From the human T2T-CHM13v2.0 reference genome, Homo sapiens, in NCBI RefSeq assembly GCF_009914755.1, contig NC_060940.1: a stretch of 64,000 bases of DNA; one strand, 5' to 3'. The notes under the pieces were generated by a model. The model had not been told where the DNA came from, ran no database searches, and saw nothing but the letters and a program-made list of their open reading frames with translations. Position 1 is the stretch's first letter. Every line of letters begins with the position of its first letter. Position numbers and translations under genes: made by a program. This document shows positions 16,233 to 28,975 of the stretch, in pieces.

Positions 16233-16500
16233 AAAGAAAACAAAAAACAGGGTCTTTCTCTGTCACCCAGGCTGGAGCACAGTGGCATGATGGCGGCTCA
16301 AGTGATCCTCCTACCGCAGCCTCCCGAGTAGCTGGGACTACAGCTGCATGCCACCATACCCAGATAATTGTTGTATCTTTTACAGAGACAAGGTTTCTCC
16401 ATGTTCCCCAGGCTGGTCTTGAACTTCTGGGCTCAAGCGATCCACCCACCTTGGGCCTCCCAAAGTGCTGGGATTACAGGCAAGAGCCACCATGCCCAGC
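16233..16500 (-). mobile_element. AluJ with small deletion
   Basis: Alu consensus match. Confidence 0.92.
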
Positions 16501-17158
16501 CCTCAACTAGATTTATAATCTTCCTTCCAAAACCTGCTCCTCCCACAGCCTTTCCCATCTCACTTAAAACTTCAAGTTGCTCAAGACAAAATCCTTGGAA
16601 TTCTCCTTGATGTCTCTCCGTCTTTCACACTTCATATTCAACATGCTAGGAAGTCTGATGGGCTCCACCTTAACTTACATGAGCATCTGACCACATCTTG
16701 CCATCTCCACGGTTATCACACTGATGGAAGCCATCAATAACCACTTACCCTATTTATTATAATACCATGTGTGAAGCCCCAAACGTGCATAGACCTAGCC
16801 CTCAAGCTTACTGCATGATAGAAGAAAAAGAGGCAAATTAAATGATCACACAGGTATAAATCTGTAATTATAAATAGTTTAGAGGAGGGGACTTTGGTGC
16901 TATGAGAAGGTAACTTCATTAACTCAGTAGTATCAATTGCATTTTAACTGCACCCAATAATCTTTCATATCATTATGGAACTATAAAGTTTTCATTGGCT
17001 TTTACTAGCTGATGTAATTCTCCCAGAAACCTGGTGAGGTGGAAAAATGGATCTGGATGTCCATTTTACAGATGAGGAAACTTGGGCTTAGAGTGGTAAA
17101 CTGAGTCACTGAAGGCCATATAACAGGAAAAAGAATGGAACTGACGGTCAAGCAAATA

Positions 17159-17697
17159 ACCAGGGCTCTCTCACTGCCTCTAATGCAGGTGTATGAACAC
17201 CTTTAATACCAGGGCTCTCTCACTGCCTCTAATGCAGGTGTATGAACACCTTTAATACCAGGGCTCTCTCACTGCCTCCAATGCAGGTGTATAAACACCT
17301 TTAATACCAGGGCTCTCTCACTGCCTCCAATGCAGGTGTATAAACACCTTTAATACCAGGGCTCTCTCACTGCCTCTAATGCAGGTGTATAAACACCTTT
17401 AATACCAGGGCTCTCTCACTGCCTCCAATGCAGGTGTATAAACACCTTTAATACCAGGTCTCTCTCACTGCCTCTAATGCAGGTGTATAAACACCTTTAA
17501 TACCAGGGCTCTCTCACTGCCTCCAATGCAGGTGTATAAACACCTTTAATACCAGGGCTCTCTCACTGCCTCTAATGCAGGTGTATAAACACCTTTAATA
17601 CCAGGGCTCTCTCACTGCCTCTAATGCAGGTCTATAAACACCTTTAATACCAGGGCTCTCTCACTGCCTCTAATGCAGGTGTATAAACACCTTTAAT
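17159..17697. repeat. Minisatellite/VNTR, 11 copies of a 49-bp unit ACCAGGGCTCTCTCACTGCCTCTAATGCAGGTGTATAAACACCTTTAAT
   Basis: Period is exactly 49 (CAGGGCTCTC at 17161, 17210 ... 17651). Only a few variant positions: CTCT/CTCC, ATGAAC/ATAAAC and single G>T/G>C changes. Confidence 0.98.
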
Positions 17698-17907
17698 TCA
17701 AAGGTTTCCCAATCCCACTAGGGAATGGTTAACGACTTTGGGAGAAGAGAGCTAAGGATAACCATTAAATACACAGAAAGGCATAATCCATGTTCCAGAG
17801 GTTCAGATTGGCATGGCAAGCCTCAGCCATGCACCTGTGCACTCTCCTCTCCCTACGGGTATAAACATGGAAGAGCTGCTTGTTATTTTAGGAGGGTGAA
17901 TAGGTCA

Positions 17908-18345
17908 TAATAGCAAAGACATGGAATCAACCTAAATGCCCATCAATGGTAGACTGGATAAAGAAAATGTGGTAAATATACATCATAGAATACTATGCAG
18001 CCATAACAAAGAATGAGATCATGTCCTTTGCAGGAACATGGATGCAGCTGGAGGCCATTATCCTTAGCAGACTAATGCAGGAATAGAAAACCAAATACCA
18101 CATGTTCTCACTTATAAGTGGGAGCTAAATGATGAAAACACATGGATACTAAAAGAGGACCAACAGATACAGGCCCTACCGGAGGGTGGAAGGTGTGAGG
18201 AGGTAGAGGATCATGAAAAATAACTAATAGGTACTGGGCTTAATACCTGGGTGATAAAATAATCTGTACAACAAACCTCCAAGACACGAATTTACCTATG
18301 TAACAAACAGCACCCCGAACTTAAAACTTGAAAAAAAAAAAAGAA
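17908..18345 (+). mobile_element. L1 (L1PA/PB) 3' end with A tail
   Basis: AATAGCAAAGACATGGAATCAACCTAAATGCCCATCAATG...CATGTTCTCACTTATAAGTGGGAGCTAAAT. Confidence 0.92.
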
Positions 18346-18364
18346 AGAAAGAGAGAAAATAGTG

Positions 18365-18680
18365 GGCCGGGCACGGTGGCTCACACCTGTAATCCCAGCA
18401 CTTTGAGAGGCCAAGGCGGGCAGATCATGAGGTCAAGAGATCAAGACCATCCTGGCCAACATGGGGAAACCCCGTCTCTACTAAAAATACAAAAACTAGC
18501 TGGGTGTGGTGGTGTGCACCTATAATCCCAGCTACTCAGGAGGCTGAGACAGGAGAATCACTTGAACCCAGGAGGCAGAGTTGCAGTGAGCCAAGATCGC
18601 ACCGCTGCACTCCAGCCTGGTGACAGAGCAAGACTCCATCTCAAAAAAAAAGAAAAAAAGAAAGAAGAAAACAGTAAAAA
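18365..18680 (+). mobile_element. AluSc-like
   Basis: GATCATGAGGTCAAGAGATCAAGACCATCCTGG diagnostic. Confidence 0.95.
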
Positions 18681-20000
18681 TAAACAAGTAAAAGAGTGAA
18701 TACGAAAAAATAGAAAGGCAGCAACATTTACAATGGTCAAGGATTATATCCCTGCTAATACGTAAACCAAAAGTCACAGTTCAATGATTCTAAAATGCAT
18801 TAAGGTAATCAGGCTGCTCTAGGGATAGGAGAAATGATTTGGGATAGTCTCCATGTCATTGTCAAGAATTTTGGAGGAGTTATTTCAGTTTGGATCAGAG
18901 ATATAAATTCCTGATGCTCCACGTGTCTGAACTACCTCCTAAAGTTAGACTCTTGCAGAAAAGACGTGAGCCTCTGCCTCCAAGGTGAAAAATAAAAACG
19001 TTCAAAGCCTGGACTCCAAGTACATGATATACCCATCATCATGGAGCTTGAAGGTGCCAATGCTCTAACCATTTTGTTCGCACTTTATGCAATGAATGAT
19101 AAGTATCATCAGGTCAAATCTCTTCTTCTTGAACATCGTGGTATGATATGCGAAATAATTAAACTTACTTACTTGCTCTTTCCTTCTTTTTTTCCCCCTT
19201 TATTTTCCAGGCCCCATTCCAGAAAAGATTTAAGATGAATGCACCTAAGTCATAAAGTAGAAAATTACGAACTCTAATTAACATATTATTAATTCATAAG
19301 ATGTGAGAGGGAAAAGATCTTACACGTCAAGTTCAGAGAGGTTAATCAAGTCATCAAAAGCTATAGAAAGTCATTGTTCAATAACTATTTTATTGAATGC
19401 CTACTTGGTACACAGTCTTGTATTTTTATAATAGATTTTTATTTCCTCCAATGCATATTTAATTGAGCATATATTGTACAGCTCAAAATCAAGATTAGAT
19501 CTTGAGACAGAGGAAATAAACACATTTTGAATACTTACTATGTGCCAAAAACTGTACCTTATGTCCAATTTTATGTACATAATGTCATTGCGTCCTCACC
19601 AAAACCCTTGGGAGAGGTAATATTGGTTACTGGTTTTAGTTCCTAACCCTCCTGTGGCTGTGGTCCTAGGGTCCTGCAAATGAAGACGGAAATGATTTTG
19701 CAGTGAAATTTACCTGTTATTGACCAGCTCACCAATGCACGGGAGGTAGGTAACATTCTAAACCAAGCTTGATGCAGAGAGGGAGGTTTTCACAAAGATT
19801 TTGTCAACTCTAAAATTACAGTAACTTCCTACGCTAATTCAACTACCTTTCCCACACTCCCTAGTAACTACCCACATCTCTATAGAACTGTATGGTGAGG
19901 AAATGGAAAGAACCTTAGCAGTGAAGAAAAGAGGTAATTAATCTCTCTTCATTCTTTCCTGAGAGGTGTTATCTTATTCCTTAAACATCCAAATAAACTA

Positions 20001-20045
20001 TTAGGTTGGTGCAAAAGTAATTGTGGTTTTTGCCATTACTTTTAA
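20001..20045 (+). mobile_element. MADE1 (Hsmar1-derived MITE), left half only
   Basis: TA|TTAGGTTGGTGCAAAAGTAATTGTGGTTTTTGCCATTACTTTTAA is the Hsmar1 TIR plus the MADE1 centre. The right TIR is absent. Confidence 0.9.
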
Positions 20046-20165
20046 GGTACTCCCAGCCTACTTCTGCAACAACAGAATTGTTCTAAATTCTACATTTTAT
20101 ATACCAAATTGGAAAAGCCAAATATCTCTCACCCTTGTTACCTGTAGCCTTACTATGAAATGACT

Positions 20166-20300
20166 GTGCGTGTATTCACAGCTACTAGGGAGGCTGAGGT
20201 AGGAGGATTGCTTGAACCCAGTAGGTTTAGACTAAAGTGATTGGTGACTGTACCACTGCACTACAGCCTGAGCAACAGAGGGAGACCCGGTCTCAAAAAA
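20166..20300 (+). mobile_element. AluJ right-arm fragment (part of an inverted duplication)
   Basis: Shares private mutations and 3' flank with the Alu at 21293-21588. Confidence 0.9.
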
Positions 20301-20914
20301 CAAATCTAAAAATGAATCTAAAATAGCTATTAGGATTATGGTTTGAGTCAGGCAACTCTTTTTAAGCAATTAAGAATGTGCTGGTGTGCTGATGCCAGGC
20401 CCAGGTCTACAGGCCTATTAGCTAACAAAGGTACTCTAACTCAATTCATCGGACAGCAAAGAAACAAAGAAAAAGTCATTATGCAGACATCCAGGCACTC
20501 GAAGCCAAAGGGCCCTAAGATAATGTCAGCTCTCTAGCAGTGAATGGGGAATAGAGCTAGGTTTGGACAGCTGGCATTCAAAACTCTTTGTCTTTATTGC
20601 TCATCCTCATTTAATATGAGAACATTGCATGATCCATAATATTTTCTTCATCCATGTGTTTTCCATGTTACAACGGATGCTCAGGGAGCTTAGGCAACTC
20701 TGAGGACTGACAAGAAGCAAAATTTGATTCCAGGTTGGGTCTCCATGTCTTTTTTTGCTGTAGTAGATTTCTCCCTTCACTTAGGTCTCCACCTGAGTCT
20801 ATGGAGACACTGAAATTCAAGGAGGCTAAATGATCCCGTTGTTCCACAGAGCTAGAACACAGGTCAAGCAATGTGGTTGCAAGTGATTTTTCCAGGACGT
20901 AACACCAGCACATT

Positions 20915-21210
20915 CTTTTTTTTTTTTTTTTTTAGATAGAGTCTCACTCTGTGATCCAGGCTGGAGTGCAGTGGTGCGATCTCGGCTCACTGCAACCTCT
21001 GCCTCCCTGGTTCAAGTGATTCTTCTGCCTCAGTCTCCTGAGTAGCTGGTACGACAGGCGTGTGCCACCACGCCAGGCTAATTTTTGTATTTTTAGTAGA
21101 GACAGGGTTTCACCATACTGGCCAGGCTGATCTCGAACTCTTGACCTTGTGATCTGCCCGCCTCGGCCTCCCAAAGTGCTGGGATTACAAGCATGAGCCA
21201 CCGCGCCCAG
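20915..21210 (-). mobile_element. AluS (Sg/Sc-like)
   Basis: Dimer; TSD CACCAGCACATTCTT. Confidence 0.97.
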
Positions 21211-21292
21211 CACCAGCACATTCTTAATTGTTTAAAAGGAGTTGCCTGACTCAAACTATGATCCTAACGGCTAATGTAGATTCATTTTTAGA

Positions 21293-21588
21293 TTTGTTTT
21301 TGAGACAGGGTCTCCCTCTGTTGCTCAGGCTGGTGTGCAGTGGTACAATCACAGTTCACTTTAGCCTCAACTTCCTGGGCTCAAGCAATCCTTCCGCCTC
21401 AGACTCCCAAGTAGCTGTGAGTACACTCACGTGCCGCCACATCTGGCTAATTTTTGTTTTGTTTTGTTTGTAGAGACAGGGTTTCCCCATGTTGCCCAAG
21501 CTGGTCTCAAACTCCCGGGCTCAAGGGATCCATCCGCCTCGGCCCCCCAAAGTGCTGGGACTACAGGCATGGACCACTGTGAATGGCC
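21293..21588 (-). mobile_element. AluJ
   Basis: Dimer consensus match. Confidence 0.95.
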
Positions 21589-23347
21589 ATATTTTTGGAT
21601 TCTTTGTCTTGGGCATTCTTCTCTATTGGCTCAACTTACTCCTTTAATTGGTGCCTCTCTGGTGGTCCTGGAAAATAAATGTCTGACTCCAGCTTGATTC
21701 TATTCAGTCCCATTGGCCAGGTCAGTCTGCCTCTTCTCTCCCATAAAGGGGAAATTGGAGCATGGGTCCACTCTTAGAAGTTAATTCACTTCTTCACCTT
21801 GGGGTAAATTCAGCATTTGGCAGTACACACTCAACAAATGAGCCTCTGAGCTCAGGGATAAAAATAAATAAGTAAAAGTCTTGCCCTTAAACCGGGCAGT
21901 ATGAATCGTAATTAAAAACCCCCATTATGCTGTTTCAATAGGAACAGTCCTGCCGTCATTAAGCTGAAACAGAATTCCTTCAGGGAGAAATTATTTCTCG
22001 TTTGATTTCTGTCAGAATGGCTTTGACTTTGAGGATACATCTACAGAATGGTGTCTCCAGGCTCCACCTCTGAGGCTCTGCTCAGACAAAGGAGACGTTT
22101 GCTTCGAACAGATGAAACCTGATTAAAGATTCATTTCAAATTAACTTTCCCTGATTATTTCTCTTTTGTAATCTTTATTATTACTTTAAGGGGAGGGAAA
22201 ATAGAAAGACGAAAAGCAACCCTCCCTAGATCCACATGTAAATCTTCACAGTAGCCACTCAACAGTATCATTAATTCCGCCTGAATATTCCCACAATGCA
22301 AAGTAGCAGGCACTTATGCAATGGCTATTTATTGGGAAATCAAGCCCCCATCCATTCTTTGATGTTGTGTTATTAAACTAAAAAGGGAACAGCACTGGCA
22401 AGATGGATGAAGGCGACAAAGAATACAGCATGGACTAGTCCCGATGCTCTGAAGTCCTGTCTTCAAGGTCATGATAGAAACAAGGTAGGTGGAAAACAAA
22501 TTAACGTGCAAGGGCCCAGGTGGTGCCCAGCCCTGGACTTTGTAGCAGGGCTCTTGGCTGAGCAGAAGCTGGGCTTCAGATCACTTCCAGTGGGTGGAGA
22601 TGGGAAACAGTCCTATCCATTTGCAGCTCCATAGAGGCTGAGGAACAACCTTGGAAGAGAGCCCAAACCCTGGCCAATATAAGGATCTGGGCATATTTCA
22701 GGCATATCTGAGGGGTGAGGGTGTCTCAACAGAAGTTGTCTTAGTGGAAGGAACAAGGGGCTCCTTAGAGAGCAAAGTGAAAGAGAAAGCAGAGCCTGTC
22801 ATTGCAAGATAGATGCAGGGGCAAGACATGAGCATCTAAGGGAAGGAGGATTCTAAGACAGGAGGGAAGAGGCTGTGTACTTTCCATGCACTTCTAGAAG
22901 TGACTTAAAAAATGGGCATAACTAAAGACTGTAATATCTTGAGTCTCAGGCAGCTTAATAATATGATGCCCCAACCAAGCGTAACACAAAAGGTGTATTT
23001 GTCATGTTTCACGTGAGATATCACCTCAGTCTCAGATGCTGGTATTTCCTGCCTACTGACATTGGATGTATCTGCATTCTCTTGCCCCTGCACTGAAACA
23101 CCGGTGATGGTAAGGGAACAGAACCCCAGCCTTACTGTGTCACCCCCATGGGATTGGCAGGCCCAAAGCAAGGGATTTGTAACCCATCAAGAAACAGAAA
23201 AGAGTGTGAGACTTTTATTATAAAACCTCAACGAATCAAACTGTGGGGCTCCCTCACTGGACATAGCACAGAAGCAGCATTATCTTCTCACTTTTCAAGC
23301 ATTACGACTTAAATCTTTAGTACCAGAATTCAAAAAAAGCATTTCCT

Positions 23348-23779
<432 letters not shown>

Positions 23780-26700
23780 CTAGGCTTGCATAGAGAAGAA
23801 ACAAGTCTGATTTTTGGACATTCATGGGCACCATAAGGATTCTTGAAAACAGTGGGGTAAGGAGCTCTCCCTACTGTCAAGAACTCAGGTTATTACTGTA
23901 ATATAGTTTTATTTGTACTCACAGATGAGTGAAGCCCAAAGCATACGCATCTCATCCCACTTAATACTTAGAAACATCCTGAGAAAAGGGAATTATTGAT
24001 TTTTTATTGAAAATAGGGAACAAGTTCAACCACATTACATAAACTGCCCAAGGTCATACAGCTGGTAGCAGAGCCCGGACTCACATTCCACATTCTATGC
24101 ACTCTCTCTGCTTCCATATTTCCATGCTGTCTTTCAAAGTATAAAAGGGTTCATGCTATTGAGGCAATATTCAGAAGGGAAGGTCACAGGTAACAGATAC
24201 AACTGGGGTGGGAGTTGGGGAAAAGGGTACCCAGACTGCTTGAGAGTTGGAGCAGCCTTAAATGAAGAGGTGAAAACTTTTCCTGGAGAATGATTGCTAT
24301 TGCAGATGATGGGGACTAGAACTGATGTTGAGCTAAAGAGCTGTGATGACAACATTAAGGCCCAGACAGGTAGCCTAACTTTCCCAAAGTCACACAGCTA
24401 GTATGTGGCGGAGCCAGGATCTAAATCCAGACCACATAGATTTCCAAAGTTCATGTTCTTGAATATTATGGTGCACAGTCTTTCAGGTGGCTGCCTGTGG
24501 TTCTTTGACCTAAGACAGAAGGCAGGAAAGGAGATAGGAATATCGTAGAGAAAGGAGGGCCAGAGCTTAGAGGTGGAAATCTCTGTGGCTATATTTACAT
24601 CGAACCCAGAACGAGTCTTACCCTGACATCTTCCTTGGCGCTTCTCAGTCCCTTCATCTGGTCATATCGCTTTCACCTTCATCGTGACCTCCACAGGGAG
24701 ACTGTCACACAAGATTCAACAAGGGAGAGTAGAGGTGTTGAAGCCAAGACCAGAAACCAGGTCATGAGGAGCCTCAAATACCAGCCTGACTTGGGACTGG
24801 TGGGTTGATGGAGCATGATTGAAGAGTTTAAATCAAAGAACCTAAAAAACCACCTTCCAAGGTGATCCTGAAATTTGTCAATATTTGCAACCAGCCAGTG
24901 TAGTCGGCTTCTTAAGGTGAGGAAGAGATGGCTGCTCAGAGGATGCTAAAGATTTTGTGGACAATTTCAATCCTAGCTGTGATTTCTTTGTAGTTATTCC
25001 ATAGCCACTAGGTTGTTGAAACTGACTAATCCCTCATTTATCTGTCCTAGCATATTCTCTCTGCCCCCCTCTTATCTTTTAGGGAAGGCAGCTAAGTTAT
25101 GCTCCATGGATCTTAAGCTTACTATCTCCCATTATTTACTCCAATCCCATTAAAGTGCCACCTTATAACTTCCATCCTGACCCCAGAAGTTGTATCTGCA
25201 TGTTAACTTGGAAGAGGTTGCAGGATTCAGGGTCCATTTTAGCACTATCTGAATATCCGCTCCAGTCTATGGTAAGAACAGAGAAAGAGAAAAACCTAAG
25301 AGATCCCTGGATCCAACTCATTCAACTTATCAATTGGACAGAGGCCTGTATGGTTGAAAGGATTTTCCCAAAATCACCCAGAGAGGTTTGAGGCCTCAGA
25401 GAGCAACAGCTCAACACACACGACCCCTCCTTTCTCAAGGTAGGTTCTCTTCTCTTGCCCAGTAATTCTTCTCTTATCTTTCACAAAGGAAATAAAAGCA
25501 GCTTGATCTACTGGACAACTGTAGTTTACCCTTGACTCCTTCTCTCATTCATCCGCTTGCGGAGGAGGGAATATAAGAGAAATAACCTGATTTAGGTATT
25601 GAGATTCTGAAAAAAGGGAGGGGTTGGCTTGGATGCTTAGAAAGATGATGTCACCAACTATAAGAAAAAAAAAAAGTAAAAACTGTTTTGGAAGAAGGTG
25701 ATGGTGTTGACAAATACACAGACATTCTCTGGAGATGAGGAGTACACAGTTGGCTATGTTATTCCTAAGTCTTTAGGAAGGCATCTAGGCTGAAGAAATG
25801 ATCTAAACGTTATAAAGAGTGTAAATTATAAATGGAATGAATGTGGAGTACATGAGGCTGCTAGAGTGCTGAGTAACACTGATAATAACACATGTAGAAG
25901 CTGTAGGAGAAACATATTCAAGGAAGAGCCAGAAAGGAACTGGCCAGAGAGGCATGCAAATATCCAGGGGAGTCTGGTGTAATGCAAGCCAGGAGTCATG
26001 GTATTTCAAGAAAGAGCCAAAATCCACAGGAGCAGACACATCAGCAAGGCCCAGCATGGTAGACTGGACCTAACCAAGCAGGTGAACTGAGTATCACAGA
26101 GAGCTTCACTGGAGTATTGGGAGGAGAAGCCTAATCATAATAAACTGGGGGCAATGGAAGTGAGAAATGGGAGAAAATAACAGTAGACAACTCTTTCCGA
26201 AAATACGAGATGAGAAATGGGAAGGAGAATGGGTGAAAGATTCAGAGGGGGAGCCAATAGAAGGATATTTAGAGGCGAGAGAGACTTGAGCATATTGATA
26301 CCTTGACAAGGCAGACACAAAAGGAAGGGGGAAATGGAAACTCTGGGAGAAAATCATGTGTCCTGTGGAAGAGAAGAGATATCTCATTTACTCAGCCTGA
26401 AGGAAATGAGATGATGATGGGCCAGCTGTAAATACATCTGCTGGAAGCTGGGAAAGGAAGAGTCTCATGATCTCCATTTTTTTCTAATGAATTTACGGGC
26501 AGAATAGGCTAAGTTTTGCTGCAGGAGAAAAAAAATGCCCCCAGTATCTCAGAGGCTTAACACACTGTGTGGTAACTTGGGTCCACAGGGTGTCCTCCTC
26601 ATTGCAGTCACTCAAGGACCTGGACTGCTGGCGATGCACTCCACCATAGTTAATTGCCACTGCAGTGGGAAGGGAATTCAGTAAATTGCATATCTGTCTT

Positions 26701-27489
26701 TAAAGCTCCTGCCCATATTTCATTGGCCAAAGCAAGCCACGTGGCCAAGCCTAACCTCAAGATTAACATTTGACCAGAAGGTACAGAGCCAGAAATATTT
26801 CATAAATGGCATAGATGGTTATTGCAAGGAAGTGAGAGATATGGTGTCTACAGTCAGGGAAATTGAGTGGAAGTGTGGAAGAGTCTTTAAGGGAATTGAA
26901 AAATGGAGATGATTTCAAACAAATGAAAGGACTGATGGGTGGCCTTGATAAGCTGAGTTTGGCATCCACAATTTATAGTGCTGCTAGTTTCACTAGTTGC
27001 AGGACTTTTAGCAAAACCCATCTCCTCTCTGAGGCTCTGTCTTCTGATCTGTAAAACAGAGGAGTTGGATCAGATGGCTTGTAAGTTTCACTACCAAATT
27101 CCAAGATTCACCATTTGGACAGTGAATCTGATGATACTGAAACACCATGCCGTTTAACACCCCTATGCCGACCACAGGTCTTACAAGGGAATAGAATGTC
27201 CGAGATGCCTGCTGTGATATACACACTCTACATCAGCATTGACGCCATGGGGCCCTGATGCATTTGATGAGTAAAGCAGAGCCCATTCTTTCCCATCTTA
27301 ACAGATGCTACATGGATCCAGAGGTCAATGGATTTGATTTTCTTTTTCTTTTTCTTTTTCCTATTCACCACCACCACTCCCGTTCTCTGCCTCCAATTCA
27401 CTGCTGGTGAACACTGTCACACCATTGGGGTGGGTGGAGGAGGAAGGGAGGGGGGAGGCAGAGGGAGGAAGGAGGGAAGGAAGAAGGGG

Positions 27490-27860
27490 GGAAAGGCATT
27501 AATAGAACAGAAGCAGGCAATGATGAATTAAGGGAGCAGCCATTAATTTTTCATTTTGACAGATTATCGTCCGTCAGAAGGCAGAAGAGATGGCTCTTGT
27601 GCCCAGAGAGGAGACACTTGCTCTTTGTAATACAGGCTTCTCTTTTTTTTCTGGAATTAGGTGGTGGGCACCCAAAGAATAAAAAATTTATAGTAATCTA
27701 TAATTTACATGTTAGATAAATAATGAACTAAATCCTGTCGTTAAATTGGTCCTTCATTTTTCTTAATTCCCTGGGTGATAAACCTGATTCTGCAACAGCA
27801 TTTAGTATAAATTAAATTTTTGTAAGGCTGGAGGAAGGTAAACTGTTTTAAACACTTCGG
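27490..27860. promoter_or_regulatory. Candidate conserved non-coding element/enhancer
   Basis: Repeat-free AT-rich island dense in TAAT/ATTA, TGACAG and GATAA. Motif-based only. Confidence 0.3.
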
Positions 27861-28662
27861 ATATAGATTGTCCTGGACATTGCATTGCCTGGGGTCTTAA
27901 GATACAATAGTCCTACCAATGTGGCTTTACATGAAGACTAGCATTAATTAAGGGAGGATGTTCACGGGGTATTTTGCAAACCAGCACTGATTCTGTAAGG
28001 CTTTGGAGTTTCATGAGTGGAAAGGTGAAGTCCCAGCACACAGTTGGGGCTAGCTTGCACAGCAGGACAGCTGGAGAGGATGACTTTCTTGGGCACCATG
28101 AAGATGTCTTCCCTAGATGCTGACTAATGTAATGACATGATGGAAAAAGGCACTGCCTTTTAACCCCTCCATTTCCCCAACTGTAAAGTGAGGGCAATCA
28201 TTGTTTAAAGGCATCAATTAGAGGATATATGTAAAACAAATATTGGCACAGTTGGCAGTCATCAGGGGATAGCTGACATCAATAAAGCACTGGCGTGCAA
28301 TGGATTACATGTTAGTAGTTAACGATTATTCAGAGCCCAGTGTGTTCCTGACCCTGTTTCAAGAACTTCAAATGCTTTAACCCTTATATTCCTTGAACCT
28401 ACCCTATGAAGTGGGTGTTACCATTTTCCCCATTTTGCTTTTGAGGAAACTGAATTATTATCGACATGCCTACCTTGGGCCAGGCTTATATTGATATATT
28501 CCAGGAGTAAGGGATATAGTGGTGGATAAAATAGAAAAAAAATTCCCTACATTCACAGAGCTGACATTCTTGTGAAGGGGATGAATGCAATAACAAAATA
28601 AATAAATACAATATGCAACCTGGAAGAAAGCGATAAGTATTTTGGGAGAAAAATAAAGCAGA

Positions 28663-28975
28663 GGTGGGGTGCGGTGGCTCCCGTTTATAATCCCAGAACT
28701 TTGGGAGCCAGAGGTGGGCGGATCGCTTGGGCCCAGGAGATTGAGACCAGCCAGGCCAACATGGCGAAACCCCATCTCTACTAAAAATACAAAATAATTA
28801 GCTGAACATGGTGGCACATGCCTGTAATCCCAGCTACTCTGGAGGCTGAGGCACCAGAGAACCCGCCTGAACCCAAGAGGCGGAGATTGCAGTGAACTAA
28901 CACTGTGCTGCACTCCAGCCTGGGCGAGAGTCAGAGTCTGTCTCAAAATAAATAAATAAATAAAAATTTAAAAAT
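28663..28975 (+). mobile_element. Alu (J/S) with (AAAT)n tail
   Basis: Dimer; TSD AAAATAAAGCAGAG. Confidence 0.95.

Noticed and set aside
17159-17697. CRISPR-like array (regular repeats with an internal palindrome)
   Set aside because: Units are head-to-tail with no unique spacers, there are no cas genes, and the context is primate DNA. It is a minisatellite.
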